Positions 38,731-48,697 of a stretch of DNA of 62,217 bases are shown here, in pieces. The stretch covers positions 1-62,217 of the forward strand of contig CAJUGE010000090.1 in assembly GCA_910586295.1 (NCBI GenBank), in the 5' to 3' direction. This stretch comes from an uncultured Bacilli bacterium (lineage in GTDB: Bacteria; Bacillota_I; Bacilli_A; RF39; UBA660). The notes under the pieces were generated by a model. It saw only the letters and a list, made by a program, of their open reading frames with translations, made no database searches and was not told the origin of the DNA. How positions within the stretch are numbered: the first letter of the stretch is position 1; the number at the start of each line of letters is the position of its first letter. The position numbers and the translations under genes are program-made.

Positions 38731-41037
38731 ATGAAGAATTATAAAACGTTTTATGAGAAGTTTAATTGTTCTAAGTCATTAGTTGACTTAGCAATAAGGC
38801 TTTTATCAGAGAATTATATAAAAATAATATACTTAAAACATAGCGAAAGCCTAATTTCGGAAGAAAGTGTAGATTTAACACCATGTGATCTATCATGCTA
38901 TTACTTAGCATTATCAAAAACTAATGATATTGTAGAATTTCTAGAAGGAGAAAATGTAGATGAAGAAAAAGCAAAAATATTATTAAATGATGGAGAAAAA
39001 CTAGAAGAATTAAAAAAGTTATATAGGGAAAAACATAAAAAAGCAAGAGAATATAAAAGTTTCTTTTCAAACTTTAAAGAACCAGAATATCTAGTTAGAT
39101 TAGCAATTATGATGACACCTGATACTTATAAAGAGACGCTATATAAAAAATATGGACAAAATCTTACTGATACAACTAGCAAATTAGAATTAACTCTAAA
39201 TGACACTAAAAAGATAAGTACTAGATTTATAAATATAATCAAAACAATATTAGAATTTTTAAAATCTAAAAATTTAAGTGAACAAGAAGTGGAATTAATA
39301 TTATCAGATAAGGAAAAACTGAAAGCTTTAATAGAAGAATTTAAATATTCAAAAAAGAAAACAAGAAGAATATTTTCGTTATTTACAGAAAATGAATCAA
39401 TAATTAGACTTTCTTTAACATTTTTAACATATGAACAACAAGAATTTTTAAAATCCATAATAGGAATAGATTATAATGATTATATAACGTTAAAGAGTAA
39501 GAAAGAAGAAAAACAATTAAAAATAACTAAAAGTAGAATTGAAACTATATTAAAATACTTAAAATCATTTGAAATAACTGAGGAAATAGCAGAGAGTTTT
39601 CTAGAAGGAAAAAATTTAAGTGAATATATAAAGCTAAAAATTAATTTTCGTCCTAACATAAGTTTTTATAATTCTTTAGAATATCTAGAAATTGAAGAAA
39701 AATTTTTTTCTATAAATAAAATGCCTATGTTATATAGTGACTTAGCAAGAATTAATATAACACCTAATGATGTATCACTTTTGTTAGAAAATGAAGAAGC
39801 CTTAAAACTTGTAGAAAAAGAATGTGAAAAAATAATAAAGTCTAATTTACCGTTATCAGGACCTTCAAAAAGTTTTTATAGCAAGTTTAACGAAAATAAA
39901 ATATTAGTATTACTTGCTTCAAGATTACTAAAAGAGAAAGAAAAAAATATATTGTACAAAAAGTATGATAAAAACTTAAGCAGCCCACTTCCTAGAAGAT
40001 TAAGTAATAACGAAAAAGGCTATTTATATAATGTGATTATTCCTCATATGAAAAAGATATTAGAATTCTTAAACAATATTAATTTATCTTTAAAACAAGT
40101 GGCATATCTTTTGAGCCCTATTGGTAAAGAAGACTTAGAACTTTTAAAATCCAAATACTATAGTACAAAAAATAGAAAAGCTTCTAGAAAAGCTTCTAAT
40201 AATATATTAATTGGTTTATTAGATATAATTAAAAAAACAGAATATTTAGTAAGACTCGCGATTTTATTCTTACCTGAAGAGTATAGAAATGTAATATTTC
40301 AAAAATATGATAAAGATTTAAATAAAATACCTAACAATAAATTATCTGAGCAAGTTAAAAATAAGATTAGTTATGCCATTGTCTTAATGAAAAGTATAAT
40401 AGAATATCTAGAAAATAAAGATATAACAGAAGAAAACTATTTATATTTAATAAGTGAAGAAGGAAAAGAAGACTTAGAAAAATTAAAGAATGAATACTAC
40501 AAATTAAAAATTTCTAAATCATATATTATGGGAAATTGTAAGCGATACAAAAGTTTTTTCTCTTATTTTAATTGTCCTAAACACATTACAAAATTTGCAG
40601 TTTTATTCTTAGAAGAAAAATATAAGAATTTATTATACAAAAAGTATGATAAAGATTTGGAAAACATAAAACTTAAGGAAGATGTTTCTAATGTAGATAC
40701 TTCTACAATCTATAATTTAGTAATACCTAAAATACAAGAAATAATAGATTTTTTAGATAAGGAAAATATTAGTGATAAACATATTTGTTATTTATGTAGT
40801 GAAAAAGGAACAGAAGATTTGAGAACTTTAATAAAAATGTATAACACTAAGAGAAGAATTAAAAGGTATAAAAAAGTAATTTTTCCTTCTTCAAAAAATT
40901 ATTCGGATGAAGAAAAGATATTAATACTTTTACAAAAATATGAAGGAAACATAAATATAGGAATGCTTAGTGAAATACTTAATATTAATAAAACTGAGGT
41001 ATTTGATACTTTTGTAACATATAAATTAAAACAATGA
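38731..41037 (+). CDS. Repeat protein built from 6-7 tandem modules of about 105-115 aa, each resembling a sigma-70 region-4-type HTH; function unknown
   Basis: Recurring module: YKSFFSNFKEPEYLVRLAIMMTPDTYKETLYKKYGQNL ... ILEFLKSKNLSEQEVELILS..EKLKAL. Module starts fall near aa 15, 119, 224, (321), 391, 503 and 617 of the tracked ORF. ATG 38731 has the SD aaaggaga. Confidence 0.6.
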   Translation: MKNYKTFYEKFNCSKSLVDLAIRLLSENYIKIIYLKHSESLISEESVDLTPCDLSCYYLALSKTNDIVEFLEGENVDEEKAKILLNDGEKLEELKKLYREKHKKAREYKSFFSNFKEPEYLVRLAIMMTPDTYKETLYKKYGQNLTDTTSKLELTLNDTKKISTRFINIIKTILEFLKSKNLSEQEVELILSDKEKLKALIEEFKYSKKKTRRIFSLFTENESIIRLSLTFLTYEQQEFLKSIIGIDYNDYITLKSKKEEKQLKITKSRIETILKYLKSFEITEEIAESFLEGKNLSEYIKLKINFRPNISFYNSLEYLEIEEKFFSINKMPMLYSDLARINITPNDVSLLLENEEALKLVEKECEKIIKSNLPLSGPSKSFYSKFNENKILVLLASRLLKEKEKNILYKKYDKNLSSPLPRRLSNNEKGYLYNVIIPHMKKILEFLNNINLSLKQVAYLLSPIGKEDLELLKSKYYSTKNRKASRKASNNILIGLLDIIKKTEYLVRLAILFLPEEYRNVIFQKYDKDLNKIPNNKLSEQVKNKISYAIVLMKSIIEYLENKDITEENYLYLISEEGKEDLEKLKNEYYKLKISKSYIMGNCKRYKSFFSYFNCPKHITKFAVLFLEEKYKNLLYKKYDKDLENIKLKEDVSNVDTSTIYNLVIPKIQEIIDFLDKENISDKHICYLCSEKGTEDLRTLIKMYNTKRRIKRYKKVIFPSSKNYSDEEKILILLQKYEGNINIGMLSEILNINKTEVFDTFVTYKLKQ

Positions 41038-41040
41038 AAA

Positions 41041-41069
41041 AAACACGTAAAATTTAAACTTACGTGTTT
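41041..41069. terminator. Bidirectional terminator between convergent genes
   Basis: aaacacgtaa / ttacgtgttt 10-bp stem flanked by an A-run and a T-run. Confidence 0.65.
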
Positions 41070-42322
41070 TATATAACTCTAGGACTTCTCTCGAACTCTT
41101 TATGTAACTGCTTAGTAGTCCATAGTAAACTATATTTAGTGTAGCTTAAGATGAAATCAAATTCGCCTAAGTATTCATAAACTCTAGGATTCCATAACAT
41201 TTTAAAGTCATTTAAACCTTTATAAGGACTATCTTTACTAAAATCTCCTGCCATTCCATTTAAATCAAGAAAATTAAATCCTTCTTGCTTGTAATTAGTG
41301 ATAAGCATATAATGAAGAAAATGATTAGGTAAAAGTTTGTTATAAGATTTATTAAATCCACTAACATATATACTTGCAACACCATTATATTTGACAACCA
41401 AAGCACCAGCAATGATTTCTTTATAAATGCCATTTTGTATCTTTGAATTAATATCGCCAATTTCTTTATTTAAATCATTTAATGTTCTATCACTATCCAT
41501 TTTTTCTTTATAAATATCTTTATTAGACGTATCTTCTCTAAAAACTTTATTTATTCTTTCATTTATGCTAATCTCAGTAGCATACTCGTCTTGTAAATTT
41601 TCTAAATAATTATGATAATCAACTTCTACTAAAAATAAATCTATCATGTCACTTTCTTTAAAAACTTTATATAGTATCTTGTAAAAATCAGATGGTCTAT
41701 CATTCTTTCTCTTGATGAGTTCATATAAGTCATTTATATTATAAATATCTCCTTTAATGAGTTTTAAACCTCTAGAGTGTATTTTATCTAATTTCTTTTG
41801 TATTTTTTCATCTAAGTTAGAAAAACTAAAACTTTTCAAATTTAATATAGGATTATACTTAGTTAACATACTCTCAAAATAGACATTGTTCTTAAGTCTT
41901 TTATAGTCATTTTTCTCTAAATAATTATATAACTTACTAGCAGGTTCATTAATGTTTTTAGTATCTGTACTAGGAAAAACCTCGCTGTAAGTGATTAATG
42001 GATCTATTTTAATAAAAGCGTATCCTCTTCTTTTGAAAAATTTCTTAATTCCTTTAGAAAACTCAGTAAATAATTCCTCATTAAAATAATCGATTAGAAA
42101 ACCTCTAGGAGCATAACCATATTTTACATTAAGAGAAATAGATTTAGTAAGAACTAAAGAAGCACCAATCATATTCTCATCTATGAAAGCTCCTACATAG
42201 ACATCCATGTATCCATTCTTTGACATCACAGTACCATATTCTTTTGTTTGATAAAAACTACTTAAAACATGAGTCTTAGAGAAAGCGTTAAATTCATCTT
42301 TTGATATTTCTCTTATAACCAT
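41069..42322 (-). CDS. FemAB-family peptidoglycan interpeptide-bridge aminoacyltransferase (FemX/MurM-like)
   Basis: Two GNAT-like halves split by a coiled-coil insert. FYQTKEYG near the N-terminus and F(K/R)xxWNP near the C-terminus are typical FemAB features. ATG 42322 has the SD ggagggagag. Confidence 0.7.
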   Translation of the reverse strand: MVIREISKDEFNAFSKTHVLSSFYQTKEYGTVMSKNGYMDVYVGAFIDENMIGASLVLTKSISLNVKYGYAPRGFLIDYFNEELFTEFSKGIKKFFKRRGYAFIKIDPLITYSEVFPSTDTKNINEPASKLYNYLEKNDYKRLKNNVYFESMLTKYNPILNLKSFSFSNLDEKIQKKLDKIHSRGLKLIKGDIYNINDLYELIKRKNDRPSDFYKILYKVFKESDMIDLFLVEVDYHNYLENLQDEYATEISINERINKVFREDTSNKDIYKEKMDSDRTLNDLNKEIGDINSKIQNGIYKEIIAGALVVKYNGVASIYVSGFNKSYNKLLPNHFLHYMLITNYKQEGFNFLDLNGMAGDFSKDSPYKGLNDFKMLWNPRVYEYLGEFDFILSYTKYSLLWTTKQLHKEFERSPRVI

Positions 42323-42450
42323 AATTCTCTCCCTCCCTTGATAACGTCTAGTATTATAGCATATATTGTACAGTTTGTCTAAGAAAATATGCACTCTTGT
42401 TATTTATATTTAAAAATAGTATAATTGTATATTATGAGAGGTGAACAAAA

Positions 42451-43701
42451 TTGAGTAAAATTACTGATGTTTTAGCAAGAGAAATACTTGATTCAAGGGG
42501 AAATCCAACAGTAGAAGTAAGCGTATTTACTGAAAAAGGTAATGTTGGAACGTTTGGTGTTCCAAGTGGAGCTTCAACTGGAAAGAGAGAAGCTTTGGAA
42601 CTTAGAGATAATGATTCTAGATATTTTGGTAAAGGTGTTCTTACTGCAGTTAATAATGTTAATAATATAATAAAGAAAAGTATAATAGGTTTGGAAGTAC
42701 AAAATCAAAAAACTATAGATAATATAATAATTGAATTAGATGGTACACACAACAAAAGCAAATTAGGAGCGAATGCTATGCTAGGAGTAAGTGTAGCATG
42801 TCTAAAGGCGGCAGCAAAGGATGCAGGTGTTCCAATATATAGATATTTAAATAAAAGAGATGTTAAAATTCCGTTTTGTATGTTTAATATATTAAATGGT
42901 GGAAAACATGCTAGTAATAATGTAGATATTCAAGAATTTATGATAGTGCCAAAATTTGATACTTTTAAGGATTCTTTAAGAGCAGCTAGTGAAGTGTTTC
43001 ATAGTCTTAAAGGAATACTTCAAGATAAAGCACTTTCAACTTCACTAGGTGATGAAGGCGGATTTGCGCCAGACTTAAATAGTAATGAAGAAGCATTAAG
43101 TTTAATAGTGAAATCAATAGAGACTGCAGGATATATACCAGGAAAAAATATATTTATAGCATTAGATGTAGCTGCAAGTTCTTTTTACAATAAACAGAAT
43201 GATATGTATAGAATGGATAATACAAATATGTCTAGAGAAGATTTACTAGAATACTACATTAATATTGTAAAAAGATTTCCTATTATATCAATAGAAGATC
43301 CTTATGATGAAGATGACATTGAAGGATTTAGGATGATTACTGAAGCTTTAGGTAAAAAAATAAGCATAGTAGGGGATGACTTATTTGTTACTAATAAAGA
43401 AATCCTTGAAAAAGGAATCAAAGAAGGATTATGTAATGCTATAATAATAAAGCCTAATCAAGTTGGAACTTTCTATGAAACGCTTGAAACTATAGTATCT
43501 GCAAAACAAAATAAATATACAGCAGTAGTAAGTCATAGAAGTGGTGAGACAACAGATACATTTATTTCGGATTTAGCTGTAGCATTAAATATACCGTTCA
43601 TGAAAAGTGGGAGTGTATCTCGTGGTGAAAGAATAGCAAAATACAATAGACTACTAGAAATAGAAGAAGAACTTAGTGATGACTTAGAAGAAGATATGTA
43701 A
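42451..43701 (+). CDS. eno: Enolase
   Basis: ILDSRGNPTVEV, SLGDEGGFAP, IKPNQVGT and SHRSGETTD signatures. TTG start with the SD gaggtga. Confidence 0.93.
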   Translation: MSKITDVLAREILDSRGNPTVEVSVFTEKGNVGTFGVPSGASTGKREALELRDNDSRYFGKGVLTAVNNVNNIIKKSIIGLEVQNQKTIDNIIIELDGTHNKSKLGANAMLGVSVACLKAAAKDAGVPIYRYLNKRDVKIPFCMFNILNGGKHASNNVDIQEFMIVPKFDTFKDSLRAASEVFHSLKGILQDKALSTSLGDEGGFAPDLNSNEEALSLIVKSIETAGYIPGKNIFIALDVAASSFYNKQNDMYRMDNTNMSREDLLEYYINIVKRFPIISIEDPYDEDDIEGFRMITEALGKKISIVGDDLFVTNKEILEKGIKEGLCNAIIIKPNQVGTFYETLETIVSAKQNKYTAVVSHRSGETTDTFISDLAVALNIPFMKSGSVSRGERIAKYNRLLEIEEELSDDLEEDM

Positions 43702-43785
43702 GAGGTTGCCAAAAAGCAATCTTTTTGATTTAAGTAATTCTTAGTGATGAGACTTCTATATTAATAAATATTAGAACAAAAATAT

Positions 43786-43814
43786 TTGCATTTATTAATT
43801 ATTGGTTATATAAT
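43786..43814 (+). promoter_or_regulatory. Candidate promoter of the paralog array
   Basis: TTGCAT (43786-91), 17-nt spacer, TATAAT (43809-14). The SD gggggg lies ahead of ATG 43841. Confidence 0.45.
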
Positions 43815-43840
43815 AAAATTCCAAGTACAGGGGGGATAAT

Positions 43841-45502
43841 ATGTTAGAAGAAAGAGAACTGCAAACAAAAATTTTGATGGTAACAAAAACTTTAGAGTAT
43901 ATTGAAGAACTGGGATTTAATTTAGAAAAAGAGAAAAGTAAACTAGATAAGATATTAAATGGTACATTTAGTGAAAATGGTAAGATATATAAGTTCAGTA
44001 GTTTAAAAAAGACAATAGAGTTAGAAAAACTTTTAAAAGACTTAAAAAGGTTTGATGAATATTTTAAATTGCTAAATGAATTAGAGTTTATAAAAAGAGC
44101 GCTTACACAAGAAAAATTATCTGATAAATATATATTTAATATAATAGAATTTATAAAAAGACTAAGGACTTGTAGAGTTATCTTAGACGATACTCAAAAG
44201 GAAAAGTTGCATGAAATATATATAACTTTATACAATATTATTTTAGTAGAGATACTTAATAGTGAAGATTTTGACAGTAAAATATTAAGGCAAATGACAG
44301 AAGATAAGTTTGATGAGTATATGCTTAATGAAATTATTTTGGAAGAGATAAAAAGACTAGAAGATTATTCCTATTTAGAAATATCAAGTTATAATTTATT
44401 AAGAGATAATATATTATTCCTAAAATCTCAAGGAGTAAAGAATTTTGCTAGATTAGAAATTATGTCCAAACTTTTAGCGTGTATACATCCAGAAAAGGTC
44501 CGAGAAAGATTAAACGGTGATTTATCTGCATTATACGAGTCTATCAGTACTAACAATCAAAATATAAATATGAAGCTTACTTTACTAGATACGATATTAG
44601 AAAAATATAACTACATTAAGTCTAATATATCTAAGGAAAAGATGAACAAGACACTCTTATCGTTTTTACTTACATTTTCTATAAGTTTAGGTATAGGTGG
44701 TATGGGAGCAAAGGTAGCTAGTGACTTATCAAAACAAAAATTATATAAAACAGAAACTACAATATATAACAGCTTTACTGACTCAGTAACAACCACAGAA
44801 TCTTGGCAAACTGAACTTGAAAGAACATTCACTAGAAATAGGGTAGATTATTCTACACCGTATTGGAGCAAAACTAGAAAGAGTTATGTATTAAATATAG
44901 AAACATTTGACTTTACTGACCGTTATAGAGGAGAATCATATGAAGAATGTTTAAATAAATCATATATATCTAGTTTAAGTATAAATGATGAATATAAAGA
45001 AATATCTGAAGAAGAAGCACTAACTATTTTAGAAAATATTTCAACCGATTACTTGGTTTGGGCAAAAGAAATAGTTGACACAACACAAGACAAAAGTGAA
45101 TATATAGAAGAAATAAATAAAAATACACTTGTAACATTGTTAGCAGATTTATATGCGCTTTTGATTTTGGCTCTTTGGGTATTAGATAAAAAATATAAAG
45201 CAGGATTATATAGTAAAATTAAAGAGATGATAGAAGTAATAAAAACTTCTAAACTTACAAAGAAAGATTACAAATTTCTTTCTTTAGAATATGAAAAAGT
45301 ATTTAAAGAATATGAAGATTACATAAAAAATAATCAAGAATTAAATGAAATATACCAAAATACTAAAAGAGAAATGCTTAATACTCTGGGTGAAAGTTAT
45401 AAAGATGAGCAAGCTTTGGTGGATTTAATAGAAAAACTAGAAAGTAAACTTGATGAAATAAAACCAGAAGATATAAATTATACTAGAAAATTAGGAAGGT
45501 GA
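43841..45502 (+). CDS. Array paralog 1: two-TM hairpin membrane protein, unknown family
   Basis: Helical N-domain of about 270 aa. TM1 TLLSFLLTFSISLGIGGMGAKVA (about aa 271-293). Exposed domain of about 135 aa. TM2 LVTLLADLYALLILALWVL (about aa 430-448). Coiled-coil tail. Basic residues flank the cytoplasmic sides. Confidence 0.7.
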   Translation: MLEERELQTKILMVTKTLEYIEELGFNLEKEKSKLDKILNGTFSENGKIYKFSSLKKTIELEKLLKDLKRFDEYFKLLNELEFIKRALTQEKLSDKYIFNIIEFIKRLRTCRVILDDTQKEKLHEIYITLYNIILVEILNSEDFDSKILRQMTEDKFDEYMLNEIILEEIKRLEDYSYLEISSYNLLRDNILFLKSQGVKNFARLEIMSKLLACIHPEKVRERLNGDLSALYESISTNNQNINMKLTLLDTILEKYNYIKSNISKEKMNKTLLSFLLTFSISLGIGGMGAKVASDLSKQKLYKTETTIYNSFTDSVTTTESWQTELERTFTRNRVDYSTPYWSKTRKSYVLNIETFDFTDRYRGESYEECLNKSYISSLSINDEYKEISEEEALTILENISTDYLVWAKEIVDTTQDKSEYIEEINKNTLVTLLADLYALLILALWVLDKKYKAGLYSKIKEMIEVIKTSKLTKKDYKFLSLEYEKVFKEYEDYIKNNQELNEIYQNTKREMLNTLGESYKDEQALVDLIEKLESKLDEIKPEDINYTRKLGR

Positions 45503-45506
45503 ACTT

Positions 45507-47189
45507 ATGCAATTTGAAATGCCAATATTTAAAGGAATAAAAAGAAAGAAAAAAGAAGGATTTATTAGTGAATTATCAGACGAACTAGTAAACGTAGAAA
45601 TAATGATAAGTAATATAGAGAATAGTGAAATCTCTATAGATATAGAACAAGAGAAATTAGAATTAGATGAGCTAAGACAAGAAATTGATGCTAATTACAT
45701 TACTAGTGAAAAAGTAGGTACTTCTATAATAGGTGTTTATCAATCTATGACTGATAAATTAATGAATATAAAATCAAGAATAATAAAATATGAAAGTTTG
45801 ATATTATTAATGAATAAGGCTTATTACTTAGAAAATGCATGTAAAAGTGGAGAAGTTGCGAAAGATTTTAATTCATTTGTTTCACTATGTTTAGAGATAC
45901 TTACAGATTTGGATAAAATAAAAGTAAGTATTGTATCAAAATATAAAGATTCATACGAGAAAATATATAGAATAATTTATGAATTTATAAAAATAGAAAT
46001 ATCTCATACTTTAGAAAGTAAAGTTTTAGAAAGTTTAGTGAGTCAAAAAACAGCTGTTTATTATATTAATAATATAATGAGAGATGAAATAAACAATATA
46101 AAAGAGCGTACATTCAATAACCCTAAATTAATAAGTAGACTTGATATGCTTACAAATAAGAATACTTCTTCTAGCTTAGCAAGCGATATTGTTAGCAAAG
46201 ATGTCATATTTACGATAGTACTAATTACAAATGAAGAAGAAGTAATGAAATCATTAAACAGTAAAATGGATGGTATCAGAGTGCAATATAGTGAAAATTT
46301 AGAAGAGATTAATTCCTATTTATATTCTAATTCTGGTTCTGATGATCCTGTTGGTAAGATTGTACAAAGTAAAATAGATTTAGAACATCATAGGCAACAA
46401 TTAAAAGAAACAAATAAAGAATTAAAGAAAAAACTTATAGCACTTATTATTTCAACTACACTAGTAACAGCCATAGGTCTAAACTTGCCTTCTATAGGTA
46501 AACATTTTAATACTAAATATGTAACAACTACTGAAATTTATGAAACAGGAAAAGAGCCTATTTCATTATCTTCGTATGAAGAGAAAGCTAGTGATATAAA
46601 GAGAACATTAGATATTTATAGTGAAACGTATGAAGATTGGGGAAAAACTTATACAGACTATAAAAAATATGATGTTACAGATGTAATTATAGAAAGTGTG
46701 AGTGAAGAAGATTATCTATATATAGATGTTGATTCCTTTGGTTTAAAATCTTATGACTCAAGGCAAGAAAATGTTACAGAAGAATCAAAAGAAGTAAGAC
46801 AACTTACAGTAGTAAAACAAGACCATGTAAACGGGAGTATTTTAGATGAAGATGATTATAGAACTTTTCTTATAATTGCCTATTTAGTTCTTGCTTTTGA
46901 ATCAATATGGGAAACAATTGGCCCATTAAATAACTTTATAAAGTGTATAAAATTAATTAATGATGGTGATTCAAGAGCTACATTTGTAAATATATTTTAT
47001 GAAGAGTTAAGAAAACTAATTAAAGAGTGTGAAAAATATATAAAATCTAACAAAGATTTAGAAGCGGAATACTACAGTATTTATGATGAATTAAAGTACT
47101 TAACTACAGAAGAAATTGAAGATAAGTTAAAATCTTTAACTGTACAAAACAGTGAATATAAAAAAACTTTAAAGGCTTATAAGGAGTAG
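45507..47189 (+). CDS. Array paralog 2 (same family)
   Basis: 4-nt gap from paralog 1. KKKLIALIISTTLVTAIGL (TM1), KYVTTTEIYE, DYLYIDVDS, LTVVKQD, FLIIAYLVLAFESIWETIGPL (TM2). Confidence 0.7.
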   Translation: MQFEMPIFKGIKRKKKEGFISELSDELVNVEIMISNIENSEISIDIEQEKLELDELRQEIDANYITSEKVGTSIIGVYQSMTDKLMNIKSRIIKYESLILLMNKAYYLENACKSGEVAKDFNSFVSLCLEILTDLDKIKVSIVSKYKDSYEKIYRIIYEFIKIEISHTLESKVLESLVSQKTAVYYINNIMRDEINNIKERTFNNPKLISRLDMLTNKNTSSSLASDIVSKDVIFTIVLITNEEEVMKSLNSKMDGIRVQYSENLEEINSYLYSNSGSDDPVGKIVQSKIDLEHHRQQLKETNKELKKKLIALIISTTLVTAIGLNLPSIGKHFNTKYVTTTEIYETGKEPISLSSYEEKASDIKRTLDIYSETYEDWGKTYTDYKKYDVTDVIIESVSEEDYLYIDVDSFGLKSYDSRQENVTEESKEVRQLTVVKQDHVNGSILDEDDYRTFLIIAYLVLAFESIWETIGPLNNFIKCIKLINDGDSRATFVNIFYEELRKLIKECEKYIKSNKDLEAEYYSIYDELKYLTTEEIEDKLKSLTVQNSEYKKTLKAYKE

Positions 47190-47192
47190 AAT

Positions 47193-48689
47193 ATGTTTTT
47201 CAGAAAATTAACTGAATTTGGACAAAGAACGTCAAAGCTTAATGAAGTTAATAATTTACTAGACTATTTAAGTAGTCTAGGTTTTGACATGATAGAAAAA
47301 AGAAAAGAATTAAATAAGATATCTCCTTATAAACTAAACGAATTTATAGAGAGTTTAAACATAGAATATCTTGGAGTAATCGTTTCATCTAATTATTTAC
47401 ACAAAATGAATAATATCTCATCTGACTTTAGATTTGAATATAAGTTACAATATTTTGTAACTGTTTCAAAAGAATTTCTAGAAAAAATAGACTTAACAAA
47501 TTTAGAATTAAATGATAAATGTGAAGAATACATAAACAGTGCTATTAAACTTTTATATGTTGTTATAAAATCAGAAATATTCTATACTTTTAAAAGCGAA
47601 ATATTAGAACTAGTAAAAACAAATAATAAAATATCTAACATTATATCTTCGTTTATAGAAAAGGAAGTAGAAGAATTGTTTAGAAGTTCATTTGTTAGTA
47701 ATATGCTTGCATTAAAGAAACTGGAAGAACTAATTAACAATAAAGATTATCTTGACTTAGAAGTTCTTATTAACCTTTACATGTGTACTAATCCAGAAGA
47801 AATAAACCATGGTATGAAAGAAGATCTTAAAAGAAAAGAAACGGAGTTACTAACTAGGTTGGATAGTATTACAAGTGAATTAAGTAGAAGCATTATAATC
47901 AAAAATAATCAAGAAGAACTAGCGCATCTTGCATACAAAATAAGATGTCTTGTAAGAGAAAAGCAAGATAAAGTATCACATATAGTATTAAGTTCTTTAT
48001 TATTATTAGGTTCTTGTTATATTGTACCTAAGGCAGCTACACCTTTATCTACGGAGTACTTAATTAATGAGTCTATATATACAGTTGATGAAAATGGAAA
48101 TGAAGTATTGGTTAATGAACAATCTTACTATGATAAAATACTAAGGGGAGATAAAGTTACATTGAGAGTTTATGACAAAACAGAAAACCATATAGATTAT
48201 AGAGTTACAGAAGTATATGAAGATGTAAAGGTGTTAATAGAAGAAGAACTAAAGTCAAGAAATGTTATAGACTCTGGAGAGTATAAAGAAGTGGTATTTA
48301 AAGACATAGACACAGGTGATACTAGAATTGATGAATCATCTAAATTAAGTATATGTATACAAGGATATATTTTATCTTTATTATTTCCTGGTGGAGGCTT
48401 AATTTACAATATAGCAGAATACCTCAAATGCAAAGAAGGAATAAACTATCAAAAAAGAAGACAAGAAGATTCTATTAATTTGATTGAAAAAACAGTTGAT
48501 GAACTATTAGATAGACTTAGCGAGAACAAAGAAATAGAAAATAAATTTTATCAAATTCTAGATAGCTTGAATTTACCAATTGATAAAGAAAATTTTATAA
48601 GTGAAATCGAAGCGTTAATAGAAAGAAGAAAAAATATTGAAGCTAAATTAAATGAAGAAGTATATTTAGCAAAAGTATATAGAAAGTAG
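47193..48689 (+). CDS. Array paralog 3 (same family, shortest)
   Basis: 3-nt gap. LLDYLSSLGFDM N-motif. TM1 IVLSSLLLLGSCYIV. TM2 LSICIQGYILSLLFPGGGLIYNIA. Confidence 0.7.
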   Translation: MFFRKLTEFGQRTSKLNEVNNLLDYLSSLGFDMIEKRKELNKISPYKLNEFIESLNIEYLGVIVSSNYLHKMNNISSDFRFEYKLQYFVTVSKEFLEKIDLTNLELNDKCEEYINSAIKLLYVVIKSEIFYTFKSEILELVKTNNKISNIISSFIEKEVEELFRSSFVSNMLALKKLEELINNKDYLDLEVLINLYMCTNPEEINHGMKEDLKRKETELLTRLDSITSELSRSIIIKNNQEELAHLAYKIRCLVREKQDKVSHIVLSSLLLLGSCYIVPKAATPLSTEYLINESIYTVDENGNEVLVNEQSYYDKILRGDKVTLRVYDKTENHIDYRVTEVYEDVKVLIEEELKSRNVIDSGEYKEVVFKDIDTGDTRIDESSKLSICIQGYILSLLFPGGGLIYNIAEYLKCKEGINYQKRRQEDSINLIEKTVDELLDRLSENKEIENKFYQILDSLNLPIDKENFISEIEALIERRKNIEAKLNEEVYLAKVYRK

Positions 48690-48697
48690 TGATATAA

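Noticed and set aside
40171-40200. A direct 12-nt tandem duplication (agaaaagcttct x2, encoding RKAS-RKAS) inside the repeat-protein gene.
   Set aside because: It is a single small duplication in a linker between modules, probably a slippage product. It is not a regulatory repeat or a CRISPR-like feature.
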